Source: Candidatus Hadarchaeota archaeon
Lineage (GTDB): Archaea > CAYQAE01 > CAYVLA01
Length of the DNA stretch: 32,655 bases
Reading direction: 5' to 3'
NCBI GenBank assembly: GCA_964621445.1
Contig: CAZUNO010000028.1
Coordinates: 1 to 32,655 of the forward strand
A program made the translations under genes and the position numbers. Positions 16,850 to 25,228 of this stretch are shown here, piece by piece; position 1 is the first letter of the stretch; the number at the start of each line of letters is the position of its first letter. The notes beneath the pieces were generated by a model. That model was not told the origin of the DNA. It saw only the letters and a program-made list of their open reading frames with translations, and searched no databases.

Positions 16850-18698
16850 GGGTGGGTATAACCACGCTACACTGGCCGTAGATCTTTCCTCATCCATTAG
16901 GATACGACAAGTTTCCGATGAATTCGCCCTGAAATACGTGGGGGGAAGGGGATGGGGTGCGAGACTGACCTGGGACAATCTGAAACCCGGTCTTGACCCC
17001 CTGGGGCCCGAAAACCTGGTCACCATCTCCCCCGGCCCATTGAATGGCCTGCTGATCCCGGCCTCGGGCAAGACCTCCTTTTCATGTATTTCCCCAGCGA
17101 CTGGAATATACGCTGACAGCAACATGGGAGGTAGCTTTGGAACCGAGATCAGGCAAGCGGGACTCGATGCGATCACCATTAGGGGGAAAGCGGACGAACT
17201 ATCATATCTCTGGATTGACGACGACGAATGCGAAATCGTAGCTGCTCCTCAGCTTCGCGGTAAAGGCGCGACCGAAACGGAGCGTATCCTAAAGGATGAT
17301 CTCGGCGGGGACGAGGTAAGGGTGATGAGCATTGGCCCGGCGGGAGAGGAAGGCGTGGTATTTGCAACCGTCAACTGTGACTGGGGACGGAATGCCGGGA
17401 GAACCGGAATGGGGACTGCCCTGGGTTCCAAGAATCTTAAGGCCATAGCCATCAGAGGGACAAAGGACCTTCCGGTGGCCGACATGGATGGCCTCATGGA
17501 AATAAGCGAGAGAGCTTTTGGATATTTAATGGAGCACCCCTCATTAGAGGCCTGGCAGAGACAAGGGCTCATGATGGTCATCGATTACGCTAATACCATC
17601 GGGTTCCTCCCCACTAGAAACTTCTCTGATGCCTATTACCCATTTGCCGGAAAGATAAATGGGGATGTAATGGAATATCAACATAAGATAAGCGATTCGG
17701 CCTGTTTTGCCTGTCCCATGTCATGTGGCAACGTCTGTCTGGCAAAGGAGGGTCCATGGAAAGGGTCCGTTTGTGAAGGGCCTGAGTACGAAACGGCAGC
17801 CATGTTCGGCTCCAATCTGGGGATGGACGACTTCTCATTCATATTGAAGGCAAATCAGGTTTGCGACGAGCTTGGAATAGATACCATTTCCACCGGTAAT
17901 CTCATAGGGCTGGTTATGGAGGCCTCGGAAAAGGGCCTACTCGGCGAAAAGGAACTAGGTGAGCTTAGTGATATAACCTGGGGCGATCAAGAGGGGGCAA
18001 TAAGGCTCGCGGAGATGATCGCCCGCAGGGAGGGTATCGGTGATATACTGGCCGGTGGATCGGCCAAAGTATTGAAGAAATGGCCCCAGCTCAAGAGGAT
18101 AGCCGTCCACGTTAAGGGATTGGAGCAATCCGCCTATGACTCCAGGGTCAGTATGTGTATGGCTTTGGCCTACGGGACATGTGATATAGGAGCTCATCAC
18201 ACTCGGGCGTGGCCCATAAGCAAGGAACTAGAAGAGGGACAGGATTGGGGTCCAGATGAAAAGGTGGATCTGGTAATGTACCACCAAGCCATCCGGCCTT
18301 TATTCGACATGCTGGGTGTATGCAGATTGCCCTGGATAGAACTAGGGATAGACGAGAACTTCTATGCGGAGATGTATTCAGCAGTTACCGGAATTGACTT
18401 CACCCTGGATCAGCTGTTAGTCAAATCCAAGGCGATATATGACCTGACCAGGGCCATAAACGTGAAAAGAGGCATACGTAGAGCTGATGATTATCCCCCG
18501 CCAAGGACTTTCAAGGACCCAATAAAATCCGGGCCCTTCAAGGGTCAGGTCGCCGATCCAGAGATCTACGAGGAGATTCTCGACGCATATTATAGGAGGA
18601 GGGGATGGGAAATTGATACCGGCATCCCTAAGAGGGAAACTCTCATTAAAGATGGGTTTCAGGATGTAGCCGAGGATCTTTATTCGGGGAGGAATTGA
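16839..18698 (+). CDS. aor: Tungsten-containing aldehyde:ferredoxin oxidoreductase family protein
   Basis: YVGGRGWG, SPATG...SNMGG, SIGPAGE, AGRTGMG...GSKNLKAI, CFACPMSC, EGPEYE, DELGIDTIS, LGVCR; ATG 16839 after GGTGAG. Confidence 0.95.
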   Translation: MKTKGGYNHATLAVDLSSSIRIRQVSDEFALKYVGGRGWGARLTWDNLKPGLDPLGPENLVTISPGPLNGLLIPASGKTSFSCISPATGIYADSNMGGSFGTEIRQAGLDAITIRGKADELSYLWIDDDECEIVAAPQLRGKGATETERILKDDLGGDEVRVMSIGPAGEEGVVFATVNCDWGRNAGRTGMGTALGSKNLKAIAIRGTKDLPVADMDGLMEISERAFGYLMEHPSLEAWQRQGLMMVIDYANTIGFLPTRNFSDAYYPFAGKINGDVMEYQHKISDSACFACPMSCGNVCLAKEGPWKGSVCEGPEYETAAMFGSNLGMDDFSFILKANQVCDELGIDTISTGNLIGLVMEASEKGLLGEKELGELSDITWGDQEGAIRLAEMIARREGIGDILAGGSAKVLKKWPQLKRIAVHVKGLEQSAYDSRVSMCMALAYGTCDIGAHHTRAWPISKELEEGQDWGPDEKVDLVMYHQAIRPLFDMLGVCRLPWIELGIDENFYAEMYSAVTGIDFTLDQLLVKSKAIYDLTRAINVKRGIRRADDYPPPRTFKDPIKSGPFKGQVADPEIYEEILDAYYRRRGWEIDTGIPKRETLIKDGFQDVAEDLYSGRN

Positions 18699-19493
18699 AT
18701 GAAAATAGGTTTCATTGGAGCTGGCAAGCTTGCTGAAGCAATGATTTCGGGATTGATCAACTCCGGAGTTGCAGAACCAAGTGACATCATGGTCTCCGAT
18801 ATAGACGAATCCCGGCTGGAACTCATGAAGGATCGCTTCTCGGTACCAACATCCAGGAAGAATATGGAGGTGGTCGATTCCTCCGACATCACCGTGCTTG
18901 CACTCAAGCCGGACGTTCTACTAACCGCCGCCTTGAAGCTGGAGCCAGCTCCGGGTAAGCTGCTGATAACGGTCGCTGCTGGAATGCCATCGGCGGAAGT
19001 AGAATCCGTTTTGCCCCAGGGCACTCACCTGGTTAGGGTCATGCCCAATATCAACTGCGCCACGGGGGAGAGCTGCACGGCAATATGCAAGGGAGAGGCT
19101 GCTACAGAGGAGGACATTTCCAGAACGGAAGAGGTTTTCGGAGCAGTGGGGAGAACCTTAAGGGTAAAAGAGTCCAACATGGATGTAGTGACCGCTCTAT
19201 CGGGCAGTGGCCCGGCATACGTATTCATGTTTATAGAAGCTCTTTCCGATGGCGCCGTATTGCATGGTCTCCCCAGGGAGCAGGCCACGGAAATGGCCGC
19301 CCAAACCGTTTTAGGAGCCGCCAATATGGTATTGGAGTCGGGCCTTCACCCGGCAGAACTCAAGGACAGGGTATGTTCGCCTGGTGGAACTACCATCGCC
19401 GCCGTCAGGAGCCTGGAGGAGAACGGGTTCAGATCGGCGGCCATCGAAGCCGTTTCCAGCGCTCGACGAAGAGCCGAGGAACTAAGCGATTAA
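18699..19493 (+). CDS. proC: Pyrroline-5-carboxylate reductase
   Basis: KIGFIGAGKLA, RVMPN, TALSGSGPAY, HPAELKDRVCSPGGTTI; starts immediately after the aor stop (TGA-ATG). Confidence 0.96.
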   Translation: MKIGFIGAGKLAEAMISGLINSGVAEPSDIMVSDIDESRLELMKDRFSVPTSRKNMEVVDSSDITVLALKPDVLLTAALKLEPAPGKLLITVAAGMPSAEVESVLPQGTHLVRVMPNINCATGESCTAICKGEAATEEDISRTEEVFGAVGRTLRVKESNMDVVTALSGSGPAYVFMFIEALSDGAVLHGLPREQATEMAAQTVLGAANMVLESGLHPAELKDRVCSPGGTTIAAVRSLEENGFRSAAIEAVSSARRRAEELSD

Positions 19494-20002
19494 TACCCGT
19501 CCGCTCCCTCGAGCTTCAATAATTTCCTCTTAATGGACACTCCCCCTCCGAATCCCCCAATCCCCCTCTTTCCCACGACCCGGTGGCAGGGTATGGCTAT
19601 GACTACCGGGTTTAAGGATAGTGCGGAACCGGTCGCCCGAAAGGCACGGGAATTCAATGATTTTGCAACTTGGGAGTAGCTCATGGTCTCACCATAAGGT
19701 ATATCCATGGTTTTATTCAAAACGGCCCGATAAAATTTGCCCCTTACCCTTTGGATACGCTTCTTACAGGACCCGAGGAAGGAGAACCGGGTCCTTTCAC
19801 CAGCCAGGTATTCCCTAATTTCCCTGCTGAACGGCAGCTCGTATTTGCCCTCCCATTTCCTAGAAATGCCCGGCGTTAGGGATATCTCCTCTATCTCACC
19901 AGCGGCGGTCCCCTTTATGTCGACCGTGGCCTGAATCTCCCTGCTTGGGACCCACTCGTGTTTCAGGTCCTCCTCTTCTATAGATGTACTCAACATCATC
20001 AC
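19490..20002 (-). CDS. ogt: Methylated-DNA--protein-cysteine methyltransferase
   Basis: IPYGETMSY, RATG, NPVVIAIPCHRVV, KRKLLKLEG. Confidence 0.92.
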   Translation of the reverse strand: MMMLSTSIEEEDLKHEWVPSREIQATVDIKGTAAGEIEEISLTPGISRKWEGKYELPFSREIREYLAGERTRFSFLGSCKKRIQRVRGKFYRAVLNKTMDIPYGETMSYSQVAKSLNSRAFRATGSALSLNPVVIAIPCHRVVGKRGIGGFGGGVSIKRKLLKLEGADGY

Positions 20003-20073
20003 CCTCAGATATGGCCCTTGGAGCTAGGAAACCCTTTTGAACGCGGGAAATCAATATGGTTAAAGGTGTAACA

Positions 20074-20436
20074 ATGTCTCCACATACGAACATAGAAGAC
20101 GTCAAACCGAAGAAGGGCCTTCCCATCGCGGAGGGTTTAATGGACCAGAGAGTACTAAACACCGAGGAGGGCAAGGGAGCCATATCAGGATCGGAGAGAC
20201 TGAGCATTCTAGTACAGACCTACGAACCTGGCGGATGTCATAATCCCCACGAACATGAGAGCACCGAGCAGGCCTTCCTGGTACTGAGCGGCGAGGGAAA
20301 GATGATTGTTGGAGATGAGGAGATTCCTATTAAGAAGGGCTCCGTAGTCTATGCACCTCCTAAGGTCCGTCACTCAACCGAAAATACCGGTGACGAGAAC
20401 CTGAGGATGATGCTAATAGGCGTTACCCTGGACTAG
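20074..20436 (+). CDS. Cupin domain protein
   Basis: PHEHESTEQAFLVLSGEG and PPKVRHSTENTG metal-binding cupin motifs; ATG 20074 after AGGTG (alternative 20056). Confidence 0.88.
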   Translation: MSPHTNIEDVKPKKGLPIAEGLMDQRVLNTEEGKGAISGSERLSILVQTYEPGGCHNPHEHESTEQAFLVLSGEGKMIVGDEEIPIKKGSVVYAPPKVRHSTENTGDENLRMMLIGVTLD

Positions 20437-20446
20437 AAACCTAATT

Positions 20447-20617
20447 TTAGTCCGAACGTCCCTCCTTGACAATTCTATTCTCAATTTGTTCCTCGATAAG
20501 CCCGAGCAAGAGCTTCGATTTCGAAGTCGCTTCTCGGGCGCTTTTCCAATTTCCATTGCCCGTAGTGATTACTAGAAGTTCCAAGTTATGCATTAATTTC
20601 TGAATATTTTTCTCCAA
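20447..20617 (-). CDS. Hypothetical 56-aa helical protein
   Basis: TTG 20617 preceded by GGAGGG RBS just after the stop of the upstream ORF; amphipathic helix pattern. Confidence 0.5.
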   Translation of the reverse strand: MEKNIQKLMHNLELLVITTGNGNWKSAREATSKSKLLLGLIEEQIENRIVKEGRSD

Positions 20618-20630
20618 AAACGACCCTCCA

Positions 20631-20915
20631 TTAAGGGCGTTCAAACACCACGCCGAGAACTGAATCCTCAATCATATCTGCCTGGAAATATCTACCTCTT
20701 ATTCGATAATCCGAGATCCTTCCTTCTCGTTCCTTTAAAGACCCTGTGGCAACCACATCATCTCCCCATCTGACATAGCAAAGGAAGTCACATTTCACAA
20801 GCACCTGATCGTCGCCGGATTTCACCGTGAAGGCCGTATGCAGACCGGTGGCGGTTCCCCATGTCAGCGGCCTTCCCCATACAATGCCTCGTAACTCGTC
20901 CATGTAGATCATCAA
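20631..20915 (-). CDS. Hypothetical protein, probable OB-fold
   Basis: Beta-rich pattern LRGIV...FTVKSGDDQVLVK...GDDVVATGSL...FQADMI typical of OB folds. Confidence 0.55.
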   Translation of the reverse strand: MMIYMDELRGIVWGRPLTWGTATGLHTAFTVKSGDDQVLVKCDFLCYVRWGDDVVATGSLKEREGRISDYRIRGRYFQADMIEDSVLGVVFERP

Positions 20916-21103
20916 AGGTCCTTCAATTTAAGATGTAAACCACGAGTTTCGGAATTTATTGAGACATTTCTCACCATTTTGAAGAAGCTATAATACACAA
21001 TTCGTGCAGGCCTATCCTTTCTTGGTTGGTCCACGGGATACCAGTGAACAATTAAAAGCTCGATACTGCAAGACTCGAATCGTGTCGTCTAGGAGATGAT
21101 CGA

Positions 21104-21280
21104 TTGAAAATAATGACAATTGATCTCGAGGACGGTGGAAATTGGGTAAACATTGAAGCCGAAACCGAGAAGGAGAAAAAATTGATCGAAGTTTTGGACA
21201 AGAAGGCAGAGAAGCTAGGCATGACCGGGGGAGAGCTGGCCAAACATATACTCATAGCCGCGGCAGCGATCAATCTCTAA
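21104..21280 (+). CDS. Small 58-aa protein, ribbon-helix-helix/CopG-like
   Basis: Not in ORF track: MKIMTIDLEDGGNWVNIEAETEKEKKLIEVLDKKAEKLGMTGGELAKHILIAAAAINL; TTG after AGGAGATGA; LDxxAxxxGMTxxEL helix-helix pattern. Confidence 0.65.
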   Translation: MKIMTIDLEDGGNWVNIEAETEKEKKLIEVLDKKAEKLGMTGGELAKHILIAAAAINL

Positions 21281-21334
21281 TATGGAGGAACCGGATACCG
21301 GGATTTAGGATAATCCCTTCCTATCAAGCACGGT

Positions 21335-22018
21335 TTAGGTCCTGGACTGGCTTCTAATTACCCCTTTGTGGTAACCACTGTAAAGACCTATGACTGGGTT
21401 ATGTCCAAGAAGACGATCCTTAACTATGAGTGTGGTAACCGGGGCGTCTGAATTACTATTGAATATCATGTCGTGCCCGATGCAGAGACCGACGATCACG
21501 TTAAGGTCCGTCTCGGCCTGGTTGAGTAAATCGGCCTGAAGAACCGGATTACAGGCAGCCTCGAACCTCCCAGGCTCCCCGATCTTATCCTCTTCCCCCA
21601 TCCCCAACCTGGTCTTATCCACTCCACCGCACTTACACATCACCGAGGCCACGGAAAATCCCTGGTCCTCTAGAACATTAGTAAGCCTGTTGGCTTCATC
21701 CTTGAGACCGGCACAGAATGCAATGCCCACGATTTTCACATTCATTAGCCTGGCCAATTCTATGAGTTCCTTGATCCTGGATCTCACGGCCATGGTGGTG
21801 CCCCTTACCGATTCATATGCCTCCTTTTCCGTTACGGTTGCAGGTCTGTATAGGTCTCTCACCGGCGATTCCCGATATTTACTGACCGATTTCCTAATTT
21901 TTTCTGGTGATAATCTCATGGGGCAGAAGTCGGGCAGCGAATCCTTATTGAGTTCATCCATCGGTGCGGAACCGCAGAAGGTGCCCGGACATTTCGCACA
22001 TTCGGGTAGTTTTTTCAT
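21335..22018 (-). CDS. DUF1847 family Cys-rich metal-binding protein
   Basis: CAKC...C...FCP, RIKELIE, GIAFCAGL, CKCGGVDK, CNPVLQA, GLCIGHD, VKDRLLGHNP. Confidence 0.88.
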   Translation of the reverse strand: MKKLPECAKCPGTFCGSAPMDELNKDSLPDFCPMRLSPEKIRKSVSKYRESPVRDLYRPATVTEKEAYESVRGTTMAVRSRIKELIELARLMNVKIVGIAFCAGLKDEANRLTNVLEDQGFSVASVMCKCGGVDKTRLGMGEEDKIGEPGRFEAACNPVLQADLLNQAETDLNVIVGLCIGHDMIFNSNSDAPVTTLIVKDRLLGHNPVIGLYSGYHKGVIRSQSRT

Positions 22019-22202
22019 TTATGCATTCTCCATCACCAGGGAAAAATTCAGAGATAAGAATTCTATGGATCCTAAAGGGATCACGGCAGAGATTTAGTTC
22101 CCTATGTTTCCCAACCCCTGACAAGGTACCCCCAAGAATCCCTCTGGCAGCTTTAGTACCTCAATGTCAAAGCCTTCGGGTTATCATATGACTGACACAG
22201 AT

Positions 22203-23228
22203 TTAGAGACAATCATCTGGTGCTCTCCATAGCATGGGGAATATAAGAGGAACCGTCCCCACAATGCCAATGAAAAAGCCCAAAAATAAGCCCAATATGC
22301 CCTTCCCTGGTCCAGCAGCGGCAACCAAATCAAGCCCCGGACTAATACCGGAGAATTTAATCGACACCGCAGCTATTATAACCATCAGGTAGCCTGAGGC
22401 CGCTCCTAAAGCCCCCAGAATCATTCCCTCACTGGCAAAGATTAACATCACCGTCGTCGTCTCCGCCCCCAAAGCCCGTATTGTGCCGATCTCCATCTTC
22501 CGCTCATGAAGGGAAATCTCCATGAGATTCATGAAGGTTATTAGAGCCATAAGCCCAGCAGCCAGAGGAAGTTCCCACTGTGCGGGAACCACCACTGCAA
22601 CTCCCTCTCCACCAATGGAAAAGCGTATGTGATAGATGAAGTTCCCACACACTAGGCTCAGAACTGATACCAGGAAAATGGTCCGAAGCTTTCTTCTCGT
22701 AATGTTGCGAAGTGAAAGGATAAAGAAGTCAACATCGATAAACGGCTCATGTTCTGTTTCCTTTGATAATCGATAAAGCCTTTTGGCAGTTGTGAGGCGG
22801 GCCTCAGCACTATCAGGCCAGAGGATTATCTCTCCTTTCAGAAAAGAGAACTTCCCTCCTTGTCGCTCGATGAATCCAATCTCTAAACCTTCCTCCTCCA
22901 TTCTATCGATCATTGCAATTAGGTCCTCAAGGACAAGTTTGGTGAGTCTTAGACGGTAGATGGGGCTGGAAAACCGGGACAACCATTTCTCGATCCTTCC
23001 CTTTCCCTTCTTGTCCGCGATCGGAATTTTCATCTTCAAAAAGGGCCCCCCTCCGGCCAATACCTCGGTTGTGCGAGGCGAGCGGCTGCCCCGGACCCAG
23101 GACTCCCAAAGACCGGATTCATTTCTTAGGTCGAAAAATTCCGATAGTAAATCCTTCAGCTCATTCAGGCTAATTTGTGATCTCTTTACCAGTAAATCCA
23201 GCCTCAAGTTTCCCATTCCATCTTTCAC
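22203..23228 (-). CDS. FtsX/MacB/LolE-like permease with unknown N-terminal soluble domain
   Basis: LRNITRRKLRT-TM1, then MNLMEISLHERKMEIGTIRALGA...IFASEG...G, TM3-4; about 165-aa N-terminal extension. Confidence 0.75.
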   Translation of the reverse strand: MKDGMGNLRLDLLVKRSQISLNELKDLLSEFFDLRNESGLWESWVRGSRSPRTTEVLAGGGPFLKMKIPIADKKGKGRIEKWLSRFSSPIYRLRLTKLVLEDLIAMIDRMEEEGLEIGFIERQGGKFSFLKGEIILWPDSAEARLTTAKRLYRLSKETEHEPFIDVDFFILSLRNITRRKLRTIFLVSVLSLVCGNFIYHIRFSIGGEGVAVVVPAQWELPLAAGLMALITFMNLMEISLHERKMEIGTIRALGAETTTVMLIFASEGMILGALGAASGYLMVIIAAVSIKFSGISPGLDLVAAAGPGKGILGLFLGFFIGIVGTVPLIFPMLWRAPDDCL

Positions 23229-23237
23229 TAACTGTAA

Positions 23238-23777
23238 TCATCGGCTCATTATGAAATCGATAGCAAGTCCCTCAAATATCGAGGCAATAATCATGAGAAC
23301 CAGGAGAACCCCAACGAAGACCAGGCCGAAATAATGGGCCATTACGGGAAGCAGAGGAATTTTCACCCCTCTGTTGTATAGAAATACGGCTACCAGGCCA
23401 TGTCTCATGCCCTTCTCCCTCAAATCGCCTAGCAGCGGGTACCATGCATATATCGGTCCGTGGCTCAGGACCCCGGCAAATGCGGATATGATCCAGCCCT
23501 TTGCACCCGAACCCTTTCCCACAAATCTGGAAACCGTGTAGGGCCTGAGGAGATAGTTAACCAAAGCCATGAATATAAGAACTAGAACCAGAATCGGTGC
23601 TATCTGGAAGGCAATCTTACCGCTGTATTCGAGTGCTTCATTCGCCTTCTCCGAGTCGTAGAGGAAGCTCACAAACCAAAGAATGATAACTGATAGCAAA
23701 AAGAGAGTCGATAGTTTCCAATTGCTGCCCCCTTTTTTTCCGCCCACCTTTTTCCTCATGGGTTTCTCGTCAACCAT
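23238..23777 (-). CDS. Predicted permease (DUF318/ArsP-like, half protein B)
   Basis: GVLSHGPIYAWYPLLGDLREKGM, FLYNRGVKIPLLP; multi-TM. Confidence 0.8.
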   Translation of the reverse strand: MVDEKPMRKKVGGKKGGSNWKLSTLFLLSVIILWFVSFLYDSEKANEALEYSGKIAFQIAPILVLVLIFMALVNYLLRPYTVSRFVGKGSGAKGWIISAFAGVLSHGPIYAWYPLLGDLREKGMRHGLVAVFLYNRGVKIPLLPVMAHYFGLVFVGVLLVLMIIASIFEGLAIDFIMSR

Positions 23778-24233
23778 CTATGTCACCCCAGTGATTAGTA
23801 CGGTTATAATGGCAACGACCAGGGATAGAACAAAGCTAATCGCGTTTCGGGCAAGGGCAAATTTCCTACCAAGGATGCCGGCTTCGGCCGGCAGCTGCAC
23901 GATTCCAACGGTGACCCAGGTTACTATGAAGGCCGTTACCGCGAACATGGTTACCCCCTGAGTCCTTAGCATTCCCCCTATAACGTAGGAGGTTATGGGG
24001 TTCCCGGCGGAAACGCTACCTATTGCTGCTCCCAATACCGTGTCCGACAGCATATTTCCTGTGAAAAGTTTACCCAGCATGCCTTCCGTGATGAAGGCCC
24101 TAAATAGACCTACTAGTAATACGACACCAGCAAGTAATGGTAACGTAGCCATGAAGCCTTTGACTGCTTTCTTGAGAGAACCTAGAACTGACCGATCTCG
24201 CTTACCTTCCTTTCCCTTCATAAGGCTAAACAC
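23778..24233 (-). CDS. Predicted permease (DUF318/ArsP-like, half protein A)
   Basis: GSVSAGNPITSYVIGG, WVTVGIVQLPAEA..LGRKFALARN; abuts the partner permease. Confidence 0.8.
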   Translation of the reverse strand: MFSLMKGKEGKRDRSVLGSLKKAVKGFMATLPLLAGVVLLVGLFRAFITEGMLGKLFTGNMLSDTVLGAAIGSVSAGNPITSYVIGGMLRTQGVTMFAVTAFIVTWVTVGIVQLPAEAGILGRKFALARNAISFVLSLVVAIITVLITGVT

Positions 24234-25095
24234 CCTTCAAGATGTCGCCCAGGTGATCAAAGAACTCCCTGCGATCCACTTTTACTGCAATATCGTGTTC
24301 TCCAAGCGGGTCCGGCCTCCACACTGTAAAAACCTTGCCCTCCTCTTCATGCACATTAACAGTTCCCCTTTCGAAGTCGCATATAGCTTCATCAAAGATG
24401 CTCGCTGCAGCCAGAGGATCGTGGAATGTCACGGAGTCATTTTCGCTGAACCAAACCTCGGCAAAATCCAATACCGGTCCCATAACTGGTGCTGTGAACC
24501 TATCCTTTATCCTATTCTGGCTCATTCGCACTTTTCTCGTCACGTTCAAACCCAGGGATCTATGCATCCTAATTGATGTGCCGTAGACAATGGATGTCGC
24601 CCTCGGGTCCCCGGAAGCATTCCACTCTCCGGTTGGATCCTGTTTACTGAAGTCCCCGCACATCATTACTAGTCCCTTTAGTAAACCAGCAGCTTGCCCA
24701 TCCTCAATAAAGAGTTTTGCCACGTTTGTCAGGGGGCCAGTTGCTAGTAGGATTATCTCGCCGGGATTCTCCCTTATGGTATCTCTGAGGAAATGGGTCG
24801 CTCTTCCTTCCGGAAAATTCTCGATATGATTCCACCGGCTAATCCGTTGGGCTTGGGGCGCGGTTTTCTGTTTCAAAATGCCGGAGATAGGCTTCTCTTC
24901 GCCTGGATAGATGGGTATCTTTCTTTTCGCCGCCATACATAGAGCACTAGCCAACATCGCCCTCTTGATGGGTTCACCCGTTACCGTAGTTATTCCCATT
25001 ATCTCGCACTTTTCCTGCATCAGGAGGTAAGCCAGGCAGAAAGCATCGTCAATGTCAGACCCAATATCGGTGTCAAAAATTATCTTCATGCTCAT
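24226..25095 (-). CDS. Nucleoside hydrolase (IUNH family)
   Basis: IIFDTDIGSDIDDA, TGPLTN, EWN...DP, GLNVT, HDPLAA. Start ATG 25095 or 25089; ORF track start 25332 overlaps the sulfatase and is too long. Confidence 0.92.
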   Translation of the reverse strand: MSMKIIFDTDIGSDIDDAFCLAYLLMQEKCEIMGITTVTGEPIKRAMLASALCMAAKRKIPIYPGEEKPISGILKQKTAPQAQRISRWNHIENFPEGRATHFLRDTIRENPGEIILLATGPLTNVAKLFIEDGQAAGLLKGLVMMCGDFSKQDPTGEWNASGDPRATSIVYGTSIRMHRSLGLNVTRKVRMSQNRIKDRFTAPVMGPVLDFAEVWFSENDSVTFHDPLAAASIFDEAICDFERGTVNVHEEEGKVFTVWRPDPLGEHDIAVKVDRREFFDHLGDILKGV

Positions 25096-25228
25096 CACAC
25101 CACCCGATGGAGTATTATCTTCTTTTAGTGGTTTCTCTACCTGTATTTTCTCTGCAATATCCATTTGGTCTGGGATATGGACATCAACATACTTATGACC
25201 GCCAGGTAGAAAAGAGAAAAGAAAATCC

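Noticed and set aside
21052-21273. 73-aa minus-strand ORF
   Set aside because: Antisense shadow of the better supported plus-strand ORF 21104-21280 with a strong RBS.
21300-21317. GGGATT-N6-AATCCC hairpin between convergent genes
   Set aside because: 6-bp stem without a U-tract; not distinguishable from chance.
22019-22202. 184-nt intergenic gap as possible ncRNA or small ORF
   Set aside because: No tRNA cloverleaf, box motifs or ORF with a start codon and RBS recognised.
23995-24576. 193-aa plus-strand ORF and other long antisense ORFs (e.g. 6945-7388, 28491-28907, 21690-22097)
   Set aside because: Fully antisense to well-supported genes, with no recognisable motifs.
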